Below are positions 1 through 13,157 of a DNA stretch of 64,000 nt, in pieces; the first letter of the stretch is position 1, and every line of letters starts with the position of its first letter. The DNA comes from Octopus vulgaris (lineage: Eukaryota): NCBI GenBank assembly GCA_951406725.2, contig OX597814.1, positions 152,768,001 through 152,832,000 on the forward strand. The letters are read 5' to 3'. The translations under genes were made by a program, and so were the position numbers. The notes beneath the pieces were generated by a model that was given only the letters and a program-made list of their open reading frames with translations, had not been told where the DNA came from and did not search any database.

Positions 1-110
1 CTGTTCAATTTCCAGACATTTGTACATTACTGCATATTCTTTATACGCACTTTTGACAAGTTGTGGTGCACCTGAGCACTGTATACAATAATTTCATTAT
101 TATTATTATA
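1..110 (+). mobile_element. 3' tail of CR1-type LINE ending in (TTA)n
   Basis: Reverse complement of the tails at 40130-40190 and 42405-42520, which lie next to CR1-like ORF2 C-terminal sequence; (TTA)n tail at 97-110. Confidence 0.7.
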
Positions 111-688
111 AGTTGGTAACCAAACTAGATTAACCAATGTGGAGGATGTGCTTATTTAGAATGAGTTCAATAGTTTTTCATTTTTTTATCAGAGAATAAT
201 GAGGGAAAGATGGCATCAGAATGTTCCATTTTGGAAATAACATGAATAAAGAAAACATTTAAAATCTTATTTAGATGTTGTGAAGACACCAGCAGCTAAA
301 TTCTGGTCAAATGATATTTAGATAGAACAACTGTGCTTTATCTGTGTTCTGCTTTTCTTTTATTTATTTTGGTTTTAATGTATGCTTAGTCAGAAAATCA
401 ATAAATTAATTTTGTCTTCAATGTTATTTGCACATTAATTAGGTTGCTATGTAAATGGAGGAATATTTTAATGTTTAGAGCAGGGATCAGGTGTGGGTGG
501 GCTACAACTCACAAGTAAGCCATGGAAATGTTCTTTGTGGACTTCGGAGCTTTTCTAAAATTTTTTCAAATTTAATGCATTTGCAGGCCATTGAGAAATT
601 GGTGGTTTTTAAATAGTCTTTTGTGTCATAATTTGTTTGATTTTTGTTTATATAAGTATTGCCAGAGATGAAAAATAGATGGGGAAAC

Positions 689-997
689 TGTTGTAAAGTG
701 GGTTCCTCCCACTGGTGTGATGTGTGACTGCCATTGTACTGTAGTTGCTGTTTTACGCTAGTAGCCATAATAGTTACTAGTCATCAGATACCATTGTACC
801 TCTTCGTACTTGAATAGCAATACACTAACTTCTTCTGTCTTATTATCGCTGATAGCTCCACAAGACACTGACTAGAACTGTTGACCCTCAACTCTTCAAC
901 TTTCGACCCTCTCTTGACAACTGGCTACTGGTCTATTTATAATGGCTGACTCCTACCACTTTTTACCAGGAGAGGTATACAGTTTCACTATACAACA
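689..997 (-). repeat. 3' LTR of the Gypsy element
   Basis: Terminal inverted repeats TGTTGTATAGTG...CACTTTACAACA on the minus strand; purine-rich PPT AAAAAGGGTGA (998-1008) directly upstream. Confidence 0.85.
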
Positions 998-2763
998 TCA
1001 CCCTTTTTAATTATTTTATTTAACAATCAATTTCTTTTATTCACCCCACCTCCTCATGTTTATATATATGGACGCTAAACAATGATGATGATGATGATGA
1101 TGATGATGATATATAACATGAATAAAGAAAACATTTAAAATCTTATTTAGATGTTGTGCAAAACATCAGTTGCTAAATTCTGATCAAATGATAAAATTAG
1201 ATAAAACAACTGTGCTTTATCTCAATATTTTTTCTTCTTAGGGTCTACTTTTAGGAATTCAGTGTTCTTCTTTTTCCTTGTACGCATGGTTTTGACGTCG
1301 TCTAATGGTGTTCGAATCTGGAAAGTGTCATATAGCCAAACCATTGGTATTTCTACTCTTGTTGGTTCCTTTTTTATGACTCTTTCATTAAGCTGATTTT
1401 TATGTCTCCTTTCCATTGTATATCATTCTTCTTATGTATGTTACAATTTCTCCTTCTTCCCAGAATTGCTTGCCATTTTTGTACATTCTTACATATACCT
1501 TATCACCAATTCTAAAGAATTTTGGCATTTCTTTACTAGCATGCATGTTTTTCTTCACTGGTAAGAACTTATCGAATACTGACTTCACCTTTCTGGCAAA
1601 CATTAATTCTGCTGAACTTCCTTCTGGCACATTTGGGTTCAGAGTTACCCTATATACCCTTAAGAATTGTTGGATCACGACCTCGTCTGTGGCTTCCTTA
1701 GCTTTCTTTAAAATTCTCTTAAAAGTGTCCCCAAACTGTTCAGCCCTTCCATTTGATCTCGGGTGATATGGTGCTATATTTTTATGTTGTAATGTGAACA
1801 TCTCACAGAATCTTTTAAACTCACAGGATACAAACTGTGTTTCGTTATCAGAGACAATTATATCCAGTACACCAAATCTTGCAAACAGCTCATGTAAGAA
1901 GTTTATTACCATATATGAGGTTGGTTATTTACACCTCATGATTTCAGGCCATTTTGTGAAGCTGTCCACTATTATTAAGTAATAATATCCATTTACCAGG
2001 CCTGCAAAATCGATATGCAATCGAGACCAAGGTATTTTCATTTCCGGCCAAAGTTCACATTTTGTAGTAGGTAGTTTCTCTGCCAGCGCACATCCTCTGC
2101 AGCCTTTTACCAGGTTTTCAACTTCCTTGTCCATGCTTGGCCAGTATACAAAATTTTACATCAGTCCTTTCATTCTAGAGATACCTGGGTGTCCCACATG
2201 GAACCCTTTTAGCATTCTCTTCTGTAATGTCTGTGGTATGACTACCCTCTGAATGTAGATTAGTACACCATCACATATAGAGTGCATGCTCACATCTTGG
2301 CAATTCTTTGCATCAGACCTTTCTTTATTTCCTTTTATCAACCAGTTTTCTTTTTGTCTTATTAATAAATTTGTCATTTCTTGCATTTCTTTTTATTTCT
2401 TCCAAAGTTACAGGTAGTTCATGCACAATGTTCCACATCACTTTTTTGGTTTCCACTACTACTCTTAGTGCTGCTATTACAGTGTCCTCCAACAGTCTGT
2501 TATTTCTTGGAATTAACCTAAACAGACAATCAGCATGCCCCAACTTTTTTGAACGCAAATATTCCATTCTATAATCATAGTTTAATAAAATGGTACCCCA
2601 CCACTGCAATCTGTTTGACATATGTGTCAGGATTCTTTTCTTGGATCCATATATTGTTATTAGAGGTCTATGATCCATTTCCAACCAAAAATGTCTGCCA
2701 TGGATGAACCTGTGGAACTTTTTAATTTTTACCAGGAGGGATATACAGTTTCACTATACAACA
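689..2763 (-). mobile_element. Ty3/Gypsy LTR retrotransposon, internally deleted (RNase H-integrase pseudogene, intact 3' LTR, 38-bp stub of 5' LTR)
   Basis: Minus-strand fragments KKFHRFIHGRHFWLEMDHRPL (RNase H), HVGHPG...CRGC (integrase zinc finger), WSRLHIDFAG, IVSDNETQF, PYHPRSNGRAE. Both ends TGTTGTA; 5-bp TSD GAAAC (684-688)/GAAAT (2764-2768). Confidence 0.9.
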
Positions 2764-2986
2764 GAAATGAAGGGATATTTTCATATGTAAGTTATAATAT
2801 ACATATGGGCTATTATTAAATGTAAAAAAGGTCAAAAGTGGGCCATTTCAAAAAGAAATAACTGATCCCTGAATTAACAAATGAAGTACATTTTCATATG
2901 TACTAAAACAAAAATGATATTAGAATATTTTCACTAATATATAACCAAGTCGAACTACCATGAAGATAATAGAATATATAAAAAAA

Positions 2987-3215
2987 GGTGGCGAGCTGGC
3001 AAGCTGGCATAACATTTTGCATGCTGGGCAAAATGCTTAGCAGTATTTCGTCTGTCTTTACGTTCTGAGTTCAAATTCCGCCAAGGTCGACTTTGCCTTT
3101 CGGGGTCGATAAATTAAGTACCAGTTACGCACTGGGGTCAATGAAATCGACTTTGTCTGTCCTCGTTTGTCCCTTCTATGTTTAGCCCCTTGTGGGCAAT
3201 AAAGAAATAAGAATA
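2987..3215 (+). mobile_element. tRNA-derived SINE, family A (central GTCGACTTTGCCTTTC...GGGGTCGATAAATTAAGTACCAG, resembling the MetaSINE domain)
   Basis: B-box GAGTTCAAATTCC and A-rich tail; other copies at 14835-15059 and 39545-40120. Confidence 0.8.
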
Positions 3216-3687
3216 TATAAAAAAAAAAAACGGAAGAAAAAAACATTCAGCTGTTATTTACTTTTCTCCACACTACTAAATCAATGATTTAGTATATTTT
3301 CATAGCAATTAGCTTGCTAACAATTCAGCATGATATAGTATGGCTACACCTTGTTAAAGAGCTATCAATAAAATGTTTCTTTGTACTTGTCAATGAAAAG
3401 CATGATGACAGTCAGTGAACTGTTACAACTTCCAATGTCAAGTGACATTAGACCAAATAGGTACAAATACGAGACAGGAACAAGAAACAGTCCCACTGAA
3501 CCAATCTATTGTGTGCATAATAGATTAAGCAACAGTACACTTGTCTGTTTGTCTCTTGAATATATATTTAGTACAATTTCTTAGACTGTACTATTTATAT
3601 CTCTATAAGACAGTTATTTAATGTAACAGTTTAAAATGCCCTACATAAAAATTATATATTATATACACCAATGTCAAACATTGCCTT

Positions 3688-3876
3688 ATGTGTCAGGGTT
3701 CCTTTCTCGGATCTGTATATCATTATTAGAGGTCTATGGTCCATTTGCAACCAAAAGCGTCTGCTGTGAATGAACCTGTGGAACTTTTTACTTTTTATCA
3801 GGAGGGGTACACAGTTTCACTATACAACAGAAATGAATGGATATTTTCATATATAAAATATAATATACATATGGGC
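3688..3876. repeat. Diverged local duplicate of 2621-2810 (Gypsy RNase H/LTR-stub junction plus host flank)
   Basis: Collinear match that includes cagtttcactatacaacagaaatgaa...tataatatacatatgggc. Confidence 0.85.
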
Positions 3877-4223
3877 TTCATTTGATGTTAATTATCTACA
3901 ATAACACCATAAATCAAATTATGAGTGATTTAACAACTAGAATTTCCAACATTGAGTGATTTCAGAAGTTGAACTAAAGTGAAGGGGAAAAAGAAAAGAA
4001 TGACAATGGAAGACAGGGATTGGGGCAATAGTGAAGAAGAGGAAAAATAGGAGAGCCAGATTTAGAGGTGTAAGGTGGAGGGATAGTAAAAGCAGTGTCT
4101 CTCTCTTACAGTGGTGCATATCATTAGAGAGTTGCTAATGGTAGCTACATGTTTGGAAGTAAAAAAAAAAATGGTCAATAGTAAGACAATGTGACTGATT
4201 CTAGAGATAACAGCAGGTAGTAG

Positions 4224-4512
4224 CAGTGGCGGACTGGGTCTAAAAATATTGGTTGCCAGGAGACTAAGGGGCCCTACCCACAACTGCAATTCTATCATTT
4301 AATTATTATTATTATTTTTTTTTTTTTTTTTTGTTAAAAGTATTTTTTTCAGCTGTCTACAAACACAGCCAGGCTGAAATGATTAATGCATTCTTCCAGA
4401 AGGGAATAAAAAATTCTCAAACTTGAGGGGATGGGCCCCCATATATGGATTCTAATGGCGCAGAGGCCCACTTGCCATCGGGCAAGCTGACAACCTGGCC
4501 AGTCCGTCAATG
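4224..4512. mobile_element. hAT-type MITE
   Basis: TIRs CAGTGGCGGACTGG / CCAGTCCGTCAATG; 8-bp TSD GGTAGTAG/GGTAGCAG. Confidence 0.75.
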
Positions 4513-5355
4513 GGTAGCAGTATCAAAATTAGCTGGTAAGGGAGAGTGTAAGTAATAAGTAAGATGGTCATGAAATGCAAGTGACCTGAGATAGAGGGAG
4601 AGATGGTTAGTCGCACTAGTGGGTAAATGAGGAGGTGCTTAAGATACCAATATAATCAAAGCAATCCCTCACTATTCAGGGCATCTGGGTAACAGAAACT
4701 GTCTGTTACTTCTAGAAAACCAATTTCAATACAAAAATGAAAATACAAAAATACAGCAGTGTTCAGCAGCATTCTGACACTAACCATAAGGAAGTAGTAG
4801 GATATCAAATTTCTTTTAGTGGCCGTCAATACTATTCACCCATGGTTCAATCAGATATGCTGATGGCTTGAAATAGGTGACCTAGTTCTATAACTTTTTC
4901 TGTTTCTTTGGCATTTGGTTTGTTTCAGCTCTGAAGAATATAGTTTAGAGTGGTGGTTTCCTATATTTTCAGTCAATCAACTGATTGACAAAATTGAACC
5001 ATGAACACACGAAAAGACGTATCTGAGACAGCTACAAGAATACAATCAATAGATAAATGTATGTAATCCAATATTTATGTCTATTGGTGATTGATGATGA
5101 TTTTACATTACCTGGAGTACAATACCAATCACAAGACTTTTTTGTTAGTCTGATTTATTTTTATCTACAGAGAGTTCAAGAAGTATTTTACTTAGATTAC
5201 TAATCCCTCTTTGTTTTGCTATATATATATATATATATACGTGAGTGAGTTGTCTAAGAGACCTTAAGTCAGAGAAAAGATGCATTCATGTACCTGTCAA
5301 TAGAGTGTGTATATCATCCAAATTATATAGTATTATATATCCATCATGGCTGATC

Positions 5356-5396
<41 letters not shown>

Positions 5397-5666
5397 GCAT
5401 ATTCTTTTATTTGTTTCAGTCATTTGACTGTGACCATGCTGGAGCACTGCCTTTAATCAAACAAATCGACCCCAGAACTTATTCTTTGCAAGCCTAGTAC
5501 TTATTCTATAGTTCTCTTTTGCTGAATCACTAAGTTATGGGAACATAAGCACACAAACATCGTTTGTCAAACAATGGTAGAATACGCTTGCCCAAGGTGC
5601 CCCGCAGTGGGACTGAACCTGGAACCACATGGTTGGGAAGTAAGCTTCTCATCACAGCCACACCAT

Positions 5667-5715
<49 letters not shown>

Positions 5716-6418
5716 TAGTTACACTGCCATCCACTTATATGAATATACATATATACACACACACACACACATATACACACATATACAAATATACACACCG
5801 ATACATATATGCATATACATGCGGACACCCATATATACTAACCTCTATAAGTATCGCATAGCCATTTACGCAAATAAATAAATAGTGTGCCCAGGGGTAG
5901 ACTAATGTAAGGTATAAAGAGGGTGGGGATAAAATGATAAAAAAAACCCAGATAGTTAAGGTAAGGGTCACGAAGCAGCAGTAATAAAAAGTTAAGAGGA
6001 ACTATTTAAGAGGAGTTATATACATCTCCATATTCGAGATGGGATAGTGATTTTGTAAATAGTGGACTCCAAGCAGTAATAAAAACAACAAATGAGAGAA
6101 ATATATGTTGATATAAGGAAAAAATAAAAATTAAAATAGACATTTTTTGAATAATGTCTAGGTCAGGTGAGAAAGGAAAAAATGAAAAACTTAATGGTAA
6201 GACTAATGTTATATCTGCAGTAAGTGTTTAACCTTCTGTGAGAGGGTGTGTGTGTAAATCTTAGATTAAGTCATGGTGAGGGTATGCTGTATAAGCTATA
6301 TCAATTCCATTACATAAGTTGAAAATAAAGGTAGAGATAGAAATAAGAAATAGTAACAGCTAGAAAGTGCAGTACCTATGGGGAGAGGACCAAAAAATTT
6401 TTAATTAAAACTCATATT

Positions 6419-6449
<31 letters not shown>

Positions 6450-6452
<3 letters not shown>

Positions 6453-6720
6453 TCATCATCATTGTTTAACAACTACTTTCCATGCTAGCATGCATTGGAC
6501 GAATGACTGAGGTTTGGCGAATCAGATGGCTGCACCAGGCTTCAATCTTGATCTGGCAGTTTCTACAGCTGGATGCCCTTCCTAACGCCAACCACTCTGA
6601 GAGTGTAGTGGGTGCTTTTACGTGCCACCGGCATGGGGCTAGTCAGGCTGTACTGGCAACAACCTCGCTCAAATCTTTTACACATGCCACCGGCACAGGT
6701 GCCAGTAAGGCGATGCTGGT
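6450..6720 (-). mobile_element. 5'-truncated RTE-type retroposon 3' end with (GAT)n tail
   Basis: Family signature (CAT)n-tttaac-...ctggatgcccttcctaacgccaaccac. Other copies at 18950-19292, 19875-20150, 31495-31970, 33901-36192, 45500-45820, 59816-60003. Confidence 0.75.
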
Positions 6721-7696
6721 ATATAATCAAAATAAGCAACAAGGATATCCAAAGGTAGTGTAGTACAATCGTTTTATGCTACTTCATTTAATTAAACAAT
6801 GTAAGTATACATCAGTTTTAAAATGTAGAGCACTCTTCAGCCACATATGGAATATTTTTTTTAATTAACTTGAGAATGTTCATTTTTATACTTATTCCAT
6901 TTGCAAACATTACAAAGAGGGTAGATATATAGACAGAGAGGTGAATTTCATCAGTAAGAACATGGTAGTAGAAGATCTTTCCTCATGGGCAGATTTTTTA
7001 TCACTGAGTTCACTTTGTTATTTAGATTTACCAATGGGGAGGTGGTTTTTTTTATTAAGTTCAGTGGAGACAAACAAGAATTTTTCTATTTATAGATAGT
7101 GGAAGGGGTAGTTCAAATGTCAGAGCTATAAATCCAACCCTTTTATGAGGAATTTGTAACCAGTGATATCACAACTTATTTCTACAGATAAGTGAACTGG
7201 AGCAATGTAAATTAAAGTGTCTTGCTCAAGAACACAACACACAGCCCAATCCAGGAATCAAACTCACTACCTCATGATTGTAAGCCCAACACTCTAACCA
7301 CTGAGCCATGTACAACATATATAAATGTTGCTGCAGATAGGAAATTATCAACAAATTCTTTACTAATGGATAGAAAGAAAATATCACTCAACAAAGGAAA
7401 AAAAATTATGCTGTTGCATTGGCTTTCTTTTATAGTCTACTCTTTTCTCCTGCCATATAATGATTTTTTTTTTGTGCTTGTTTTTGATTATCAATTAGCA
7501 GAGCATGAAAGAATAACTAATTAGATAAAATTATGGAGATGTGACATATGTGTATCTGAAATGGAACAGACATAGTTAACACTTATTACATTGATTAGTA
7601 TTGTGTATTCACAAAAACCTTACACATTTCTACTTTATACATTTATTCTATATTATGGATGGCCATGAGAAAGAAAGGAAATATTTGTTTTATAGA

Positions 7697-8385
7697 TGCG
7701 GGCATGGCTATGTGGTAAGAAACTTGCTTCCCAACTCCCCTTCTTGAGCCACGCCTGGCTCATAAGGGCCGGTTTCACGGTTTTCTTGGCGTATAGGTTC
7801 CCCACCTGGACGGGACGCAGGTCCATCGCAGGTGAGCTGCAAGATGCAGGAGGAAAGAGTGAGAGAAAGTTGTGGTGAAAGAGTCAGCAGAAGTTCACCA
7901 TCACCTTCTGCCGGAGCCACATGGAGCTTAGGTATTTCGCTCATAAACACACATATCGCCCAGTCTGAGATTCGAACCCGCGATCCCTCGACTGTGAGTC
8001 CGCTGCTCTAACCACTAGGCCATGTGCTTCCACTTGCTTCCCAACTACATGGTTCTTAGTTCAGTCCCACTGAGTGGCACCTTCGGCAAGTGTCTTCTAC
8101 CATAGCTTGGGCCAACCAGAGCTTTGTGAGTGGATTTGGTAGATGGAAAGTCAGTCATATGTGTGTGTATGCATGTGTCTTTGTGTGTATGTATTTGTCC
8201 CCCACTACTACTTGACAACTGCTGTTAGTGTTTGTGTGTCTGTAACAGCAGTTTAGCAAAACAGACCAACAGAATAAGTACTAGGCTTTAAAAAAAATAA
8301 ATCAAGTACTGGGATCGATTCATTTAACTAAAAATTCTTGAAGGTGGTGTTCCAGCATGGTCACAGTCATGAAATATGTAAAAGG
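7697..8385 (+). mobile_element. tRNA-derived SINE, family B (CORE-like ccttgggcaagtg), interrupted by a nested family C SINE
   Basis: Head ggcatggctatgtggtaaga...gttcagtccc. Other copies at 5400-5665, 12575-12820, 30895-31320, 32095-32490, 43030-43435, 50500-50885. Confidence 0.8.
7737..8033 (-). mobile_element. tRNA-derived SINE, family C, nested in a family B SINE
   Basis: A-box TGGCCTAGTGG and B-box GGTTCGAATC on the minus strand; TSD TTGCTTCCCAACT at 7724-7736 and 8034-8046. Confidence 0.85.
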
Positions 8386-8489
8386 TAATATGTTTTCAGA
8401 AATAATTGAAGACATAGTAAGAATAAGGATCTTTCTTTTCCTTACTTGTTTCAGTCATTGAACTGTAGCCATGTTGGGGCACCATCTTA

Positions 8490-9130
8490 AATGATGAATA
8501 CCATGCTGCCCTAGACGGACCGGATGAGTGGAGTAAAGAATGGGTTGCAATTAGTAGAAATCATCCTCATCATTTGAGATGCTCACAAAAGGGAAGCGGA
8601 ATCATGATTTGGGCCCGCATCATTGGAGACAAGTTGGGTGGTCCTTGAAAAGTTCCAGATGGAATTAAGATGACATCTAATGCCTATGTTGCCTTTTTGG
8701 AGGACGATTTTAAGCCATGGTTGAAGAAGCAGAAGGTTTCATTAAAGAGTTGTTGGTATTCATGCAAGATAATGTGCCCTCTCATGCAGCTAAGAAATCT
8801 CTGGAATACCTACAGCAATTAGGCTTCTCTGGACACCATTTGATGAAGTGGCCAGCATGTTCACCCAACTTGAACCCGATTGAAAATCTATGGAGTGTTC
8901 TGAAGAGGAAGATATATCAAGATGGATGGCAATTTTCAAAGAAAGATGCAATCTGGGAAGCTATTGTGGATGTTGCTGGGGAAGCTATTGTGGATGTTGC
9001 TGACAGTATTACACTAGATGAAATAGTTACCCTGACAAATTCAATGGATAAATACCTCATAGACGTTCACTCATGTGGAGGATCGTGCGAAAACTGTGAG
9101 CCGCCTAATGATTTGACATGCAGTGTATAA
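8490..9130 (+). pseudogene. Tc1-family (DD34E-type) transposase remnant
   Basis: MQDNVPSH...WPACSPNLNPIENLWSVLKRK motif; the upstream part is frameshifted and contains stops. Confidence 0.85.
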
Positions 9131-10633
9131 ATATATGTTACAGGAGGTATCTTAGGAAATACCCATTATTTTAATGTGTCTTATCAATGAATGTTTTTTC
9201 AGTGGATGTGTTTACACTCAAAATTTTCATTCTCTCAATCACCTTAGATTTCATTAGACTATACTTCACTTAGAAATCTAATAATATTAAAATATATCTA
9301 GAGTAGTCATTGTTCTTGTCAAAGATCAGAATCACTCACCACTGCTATCCTCATTCAATTTTTACTTAATTTAAATTATGGAGTTGTCTCCCTTAGTATT
9401 TTTAACAAAAATTATCTTTAATATTAATGAATATTCCTTTCATTACAGGTGTAATTTTAATTAATTGAAAATATCCAGAATGTCACTCTACTATGGTAGT
9501 TATGTAATTTCTTAAAATAATAATGATAATATTATTCTAAAAATGTACATAGTTAACACACTCAGCTTCCGTATATGCCTAGTGATTAAAGTGTATCTTT
9601 CTCCTCTTCAAAGGGATAAAAGACAATCATGAGAGAAGTGTGATCACAGAAAATACATAGCAACAAGATTAAATACTTGCTGAACTAGTAATAAAAAAAT
9701 TTAATCTGGTCATACAACTTGCTAAATATAACATTAAATCTCCATGGATCACTTTCCTCCTCTCTTCCTTATACTCTCAGCTATTATGCCTACTTTCTCC
9801 AATCAATGTGTCTGTTTATTACCACAATATCTCTGTCTCTCTTATTCACTCATGTAACCAAGGATGGCATAACACTGAATCAGTTTATATTCAAATCATT
9901 CCTCTATTGCTAGCTATCACTCTTCCTATCTCTCCTATTATTCCCTCTCTTATCACTCCTTATTGACATCTATCACCCCCATTCATTCACCATCACTCAT
10001 TTCCATTACTGTCCATCACTCGCACTTACTTTATTCCCTATTCTATTAGCCATTGTTAGCATCCATCACTTACTCTCCCTCAGTTGTCGCTCTCTTTCTC
10101 TCTGATCACTCTCTCAGTCTCAGTACTTCCTCTTCTATCACCCTCATATCTCTTCTAACCTGCTCTTTTCCCTATGATGATGCACTTGTTGTTTCTAATG
10201 AATCCACTAACAGCTATTATGTAACAATCATTCTCTCTTTCTTTTTTCAATCATTCTTATATTATTCTCTCACTCTGGTTCTCTTCTATCAATCTTACCT
10301 GTATCAACCTCACACTCTGATCCTCTTTCACCATCCCCTCTTTTCTCTGATGAGAAAAGGTTCGCCCTCCTGTGCTGGTGAACAAACAAACAGAAACTAT
10401 GAAGGGTAGTGAAGACAGCTTAGATCTGATGGAGACAAAACAATCATGCTGACACTGGTGTGATGAAAAAGCACAGCAGTACACTTAGTAGAATGGTTGG
10501 TGATAGGAAGAGCTCCCAGTCATGCCAGAAATAGAGAGTATAATTTAGGAGTGCAGTAATTCTGAATAAGAGCTAATTTGGACTATGACAACCCATTCAA
10601 CCTATGCTCATAGGGAAAAGCAGATATAAAAAC

Positions 10634-12572
10634 TGTTGTAATGTAATTTATTATGTACAATAAATAAGATAACCAGACAACAGTAAAAACAATGTAATGA
10701 ACTAACAAATCTCTTTACGAACCAACAATCAATATTCCTAGTGAATTAACCTTGCGTCTTCACTATGAACTAACACGAACTTCACTCGACTCTGAACTCT
10801 GATTTCTTGAACTCACTCAGATCATTACTATTTATATTTTACTCAGACCAATCTATCTCTCACAAAGGGGCATCGTAACTCTCATCACAACATCTTCCCT
10901 TTGAGATTTCAACTACTGTGAGGAAGTGGAATTTCTTTTATTTTTTTTTCTTTCCAGCATCATTCCCTCATTTTTTTACTTTCCATTGTACTAAGCACTC
11001 ATGCCAGCATTCTTGTTTTTTGGAGGGTTTTGTTTTTTTTGTTTTCTTTTGACAATTTAATATCTTTTTTTGTTTAGGTACTACTTCCAGATATTCAGCC
11101 TGTTTTCATTTTCTGAAGCTAGTTCTATGGGATTCAATATCTCTCAGTGCTGGAACTTCAAACATATCATAGAAGGCGTCCATTGGTATTACTCTTCGTT
11201 CTTCTGAATGTCTCATCTTTAACTGTATTTTTTGTCTTTCCTTTATATGTAATTTTTCCAGGCAATAATTCATTGAAGATCGATTTCATTTTACACACAA
11301 ACATTAACTCTGCTGGTGATTTTCCTAAATTAGTATTTGGATTTGGCGTTATTCTATATACTCTCAAAAATTTTGTTAGTGCACGTCATCATCCAGCTTG
11401 TTCCTAGCTTTTCTTAGAGCTCTTTTGAATGTGTCAACAAATCTTTCTGCCCGCCCATTTGATCTTGGGTGGTAGAACAGAGTGTGCTCTATGGCATGTA
11501 TTTTGCAGAAATTTCTTAAGGGTCTTTGTGGTTTTCATTACTGTTTACAATTTTGTTCCAATTGTTTTCAAATCTGGAATATGGATTAAGTTTTGCACAC
11601 TAATTATGAAAATGAAATTTATTTTTCTTATCAATCCATAATTAAAAAGTTATTAGCCTTTAAAATTTGCAAAATTTGGGTATTTTAGTCAATCAGAAGC
11701 GAGTATTTTAGACACCACCATGATGAAGAAGTCTGTTTCTATAGTAACCAAAGCAAAGAAGCACCACATGTTCCATAGCTGATTGCGAAGAACTCTGTTT
11801 CTATAGTAACCAAAGATGATGTGCATGCACACGATGAGTGTAACCACCACTTGTTCTATAATTGTTTGTTTTCATAACAGATGGGACTCACACTCAACAA
11901 ATTGAAAGCACCTGGGTATGGCTGACTCTTATCTTTGTGAATTTATGTGGAGAAGGAGATACGAGAAAGATAATCTATTTTATAAAATCCTAGAGTGTTT
12001 TGCAAACTTCCGTTCTTGAATTATTTTTAACTAATAAATGTCTGTTTTAAACAATGTTTTGAATATTATTTCTAGCAACTGCTGTTAGCTTGTTTGTAGC
12101 TTTTAAATATTTAATTTGCTCACGAATATTTTAATATTAACTTTGCTCGTGTATATTTTAATATTTCGACTGTTATTTCTAGCAACTCCTGTTGGTTTGT
12201 TTGTTCGTACCTTTTAAATATTTAATTTGCTCGCATAGCTAGTTTAATGTTTTTACATGCCGATGCCCCCAACCCCCACTCAACCAATGATGGAAAAGGC
12301 AGAGAACATGCTGTTTTCTGATTGGCTGAAAATTATCAAACCTTGAACACCTGTAGCATGTTTGTAAAATTTTTCTGGAATACACGAATAACAAATTCAA
12401 ATTCAGCATCAAAAACTACATCTATGATACATTAAAAAATTTTTTTGAAGATATTTTTAAACAGTGACGAAAACCACAAAGATCCTTTCTTAATTCATAT
12501 CCCATGACTTGTGTTCCATTATCAGAAACTAATGTGTCTGGAACACTGTATCAAGCAAATAACTTGAGTAGA
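10634..12572 (-). mobile_element. Second Ty3/Gypsy remnant (3' LTR 10634-10892 plus integrase fragment), split by a MITE
   Basis: LTR ends TGTTGTGATG/CATTACAACA with PPT CTCAAAGGGAAGA. Integrase PDTLVSDNGTQ (12500-12560) resumes past the MITE as PPKIKWA/RVYRITPNP...SPAELMF. Confidence 0.8.
11520..12485. mobile_element. Long-TIR non-autonomous DNA transposon (Merlin/Mutator/hAT-like)
   Basis: Ends GGGTCTTTGTGGTTTTCATTACTGTTTA / TAAACAGTGACGAAAACCACAAAGATCC; perfect 8-bp TSD TTTCTTAA at 11512-11519 and 12486-12493. Confidence 0.85.
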
Positions 12573-12869
12573 AGCCTGTCGTATATATGTATATATATGT
12601 GTGTGTTTGTGTGTCTGTGTTTGTACTCAGCAACATCGCTTGACGACCGATGCTGGTGTGTTTACGTCCTCCGTAACCTAGCAGTTCGGCAAAAGGGACC
12701 GATAGAATAAGTACTAAGCTTACAAAGAATAAATCCAGGGGTCGATTTGCTAGACTAAAGGTGGTGCTCCAGCATGGCCACAGTCAAATGACTGAACAAC
12801 TAAAAGAGTGAAAAGAGAGAGAGGTTCATTCCACAACATACATGTGTGTATATATATATATATATATAA

Positions 12870-13055
12870 AGTTAATCCAAGCATGAAAACACAACAACAC
12901 GAGGACATGGAAAAAGTATAGTATTATTCGACGCTCAGGAAAGAAGGAAGGTTTAACATTTTGAGCGGAGCTCTTCGTCAGAAACAGGAAAAGGAAAGAT
13001 CCAAAGAAGGGAAGACAGAGGAAAAAAATTGCCAACGGTACACACGCAGTCACGT
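12870..13055 (-). repeat. Penelope-type pseudo-LTR fragment with a decayed minimal hammerhead motif
   Basis: Minus strand GTTT-CTGACGA-A-GAGC(tcc)GCTC-aAAA-tG-TT-AAAC at about 12951-12985. Confidence 0.55.
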
Positions 13056-13090
13056 GTGTGTGTATAGTATATATATTCCATATATATTTT

Positions 13091-13157
<67 letters not shown>

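Noticed and set aside
5111-5165. Minus-strand AG...GT segment as ABCC4 exon 2
   Set aside because: It has stops in all three frames and no similarity to the expected WLNPLF sequence.
6790-6850. Hammerhead motif (CTGAAGA on the minus strand); similarly CTGAGGA near 52565
   Set aside because: The GAAA box and helices are too degraded to support a call from these copies alone.
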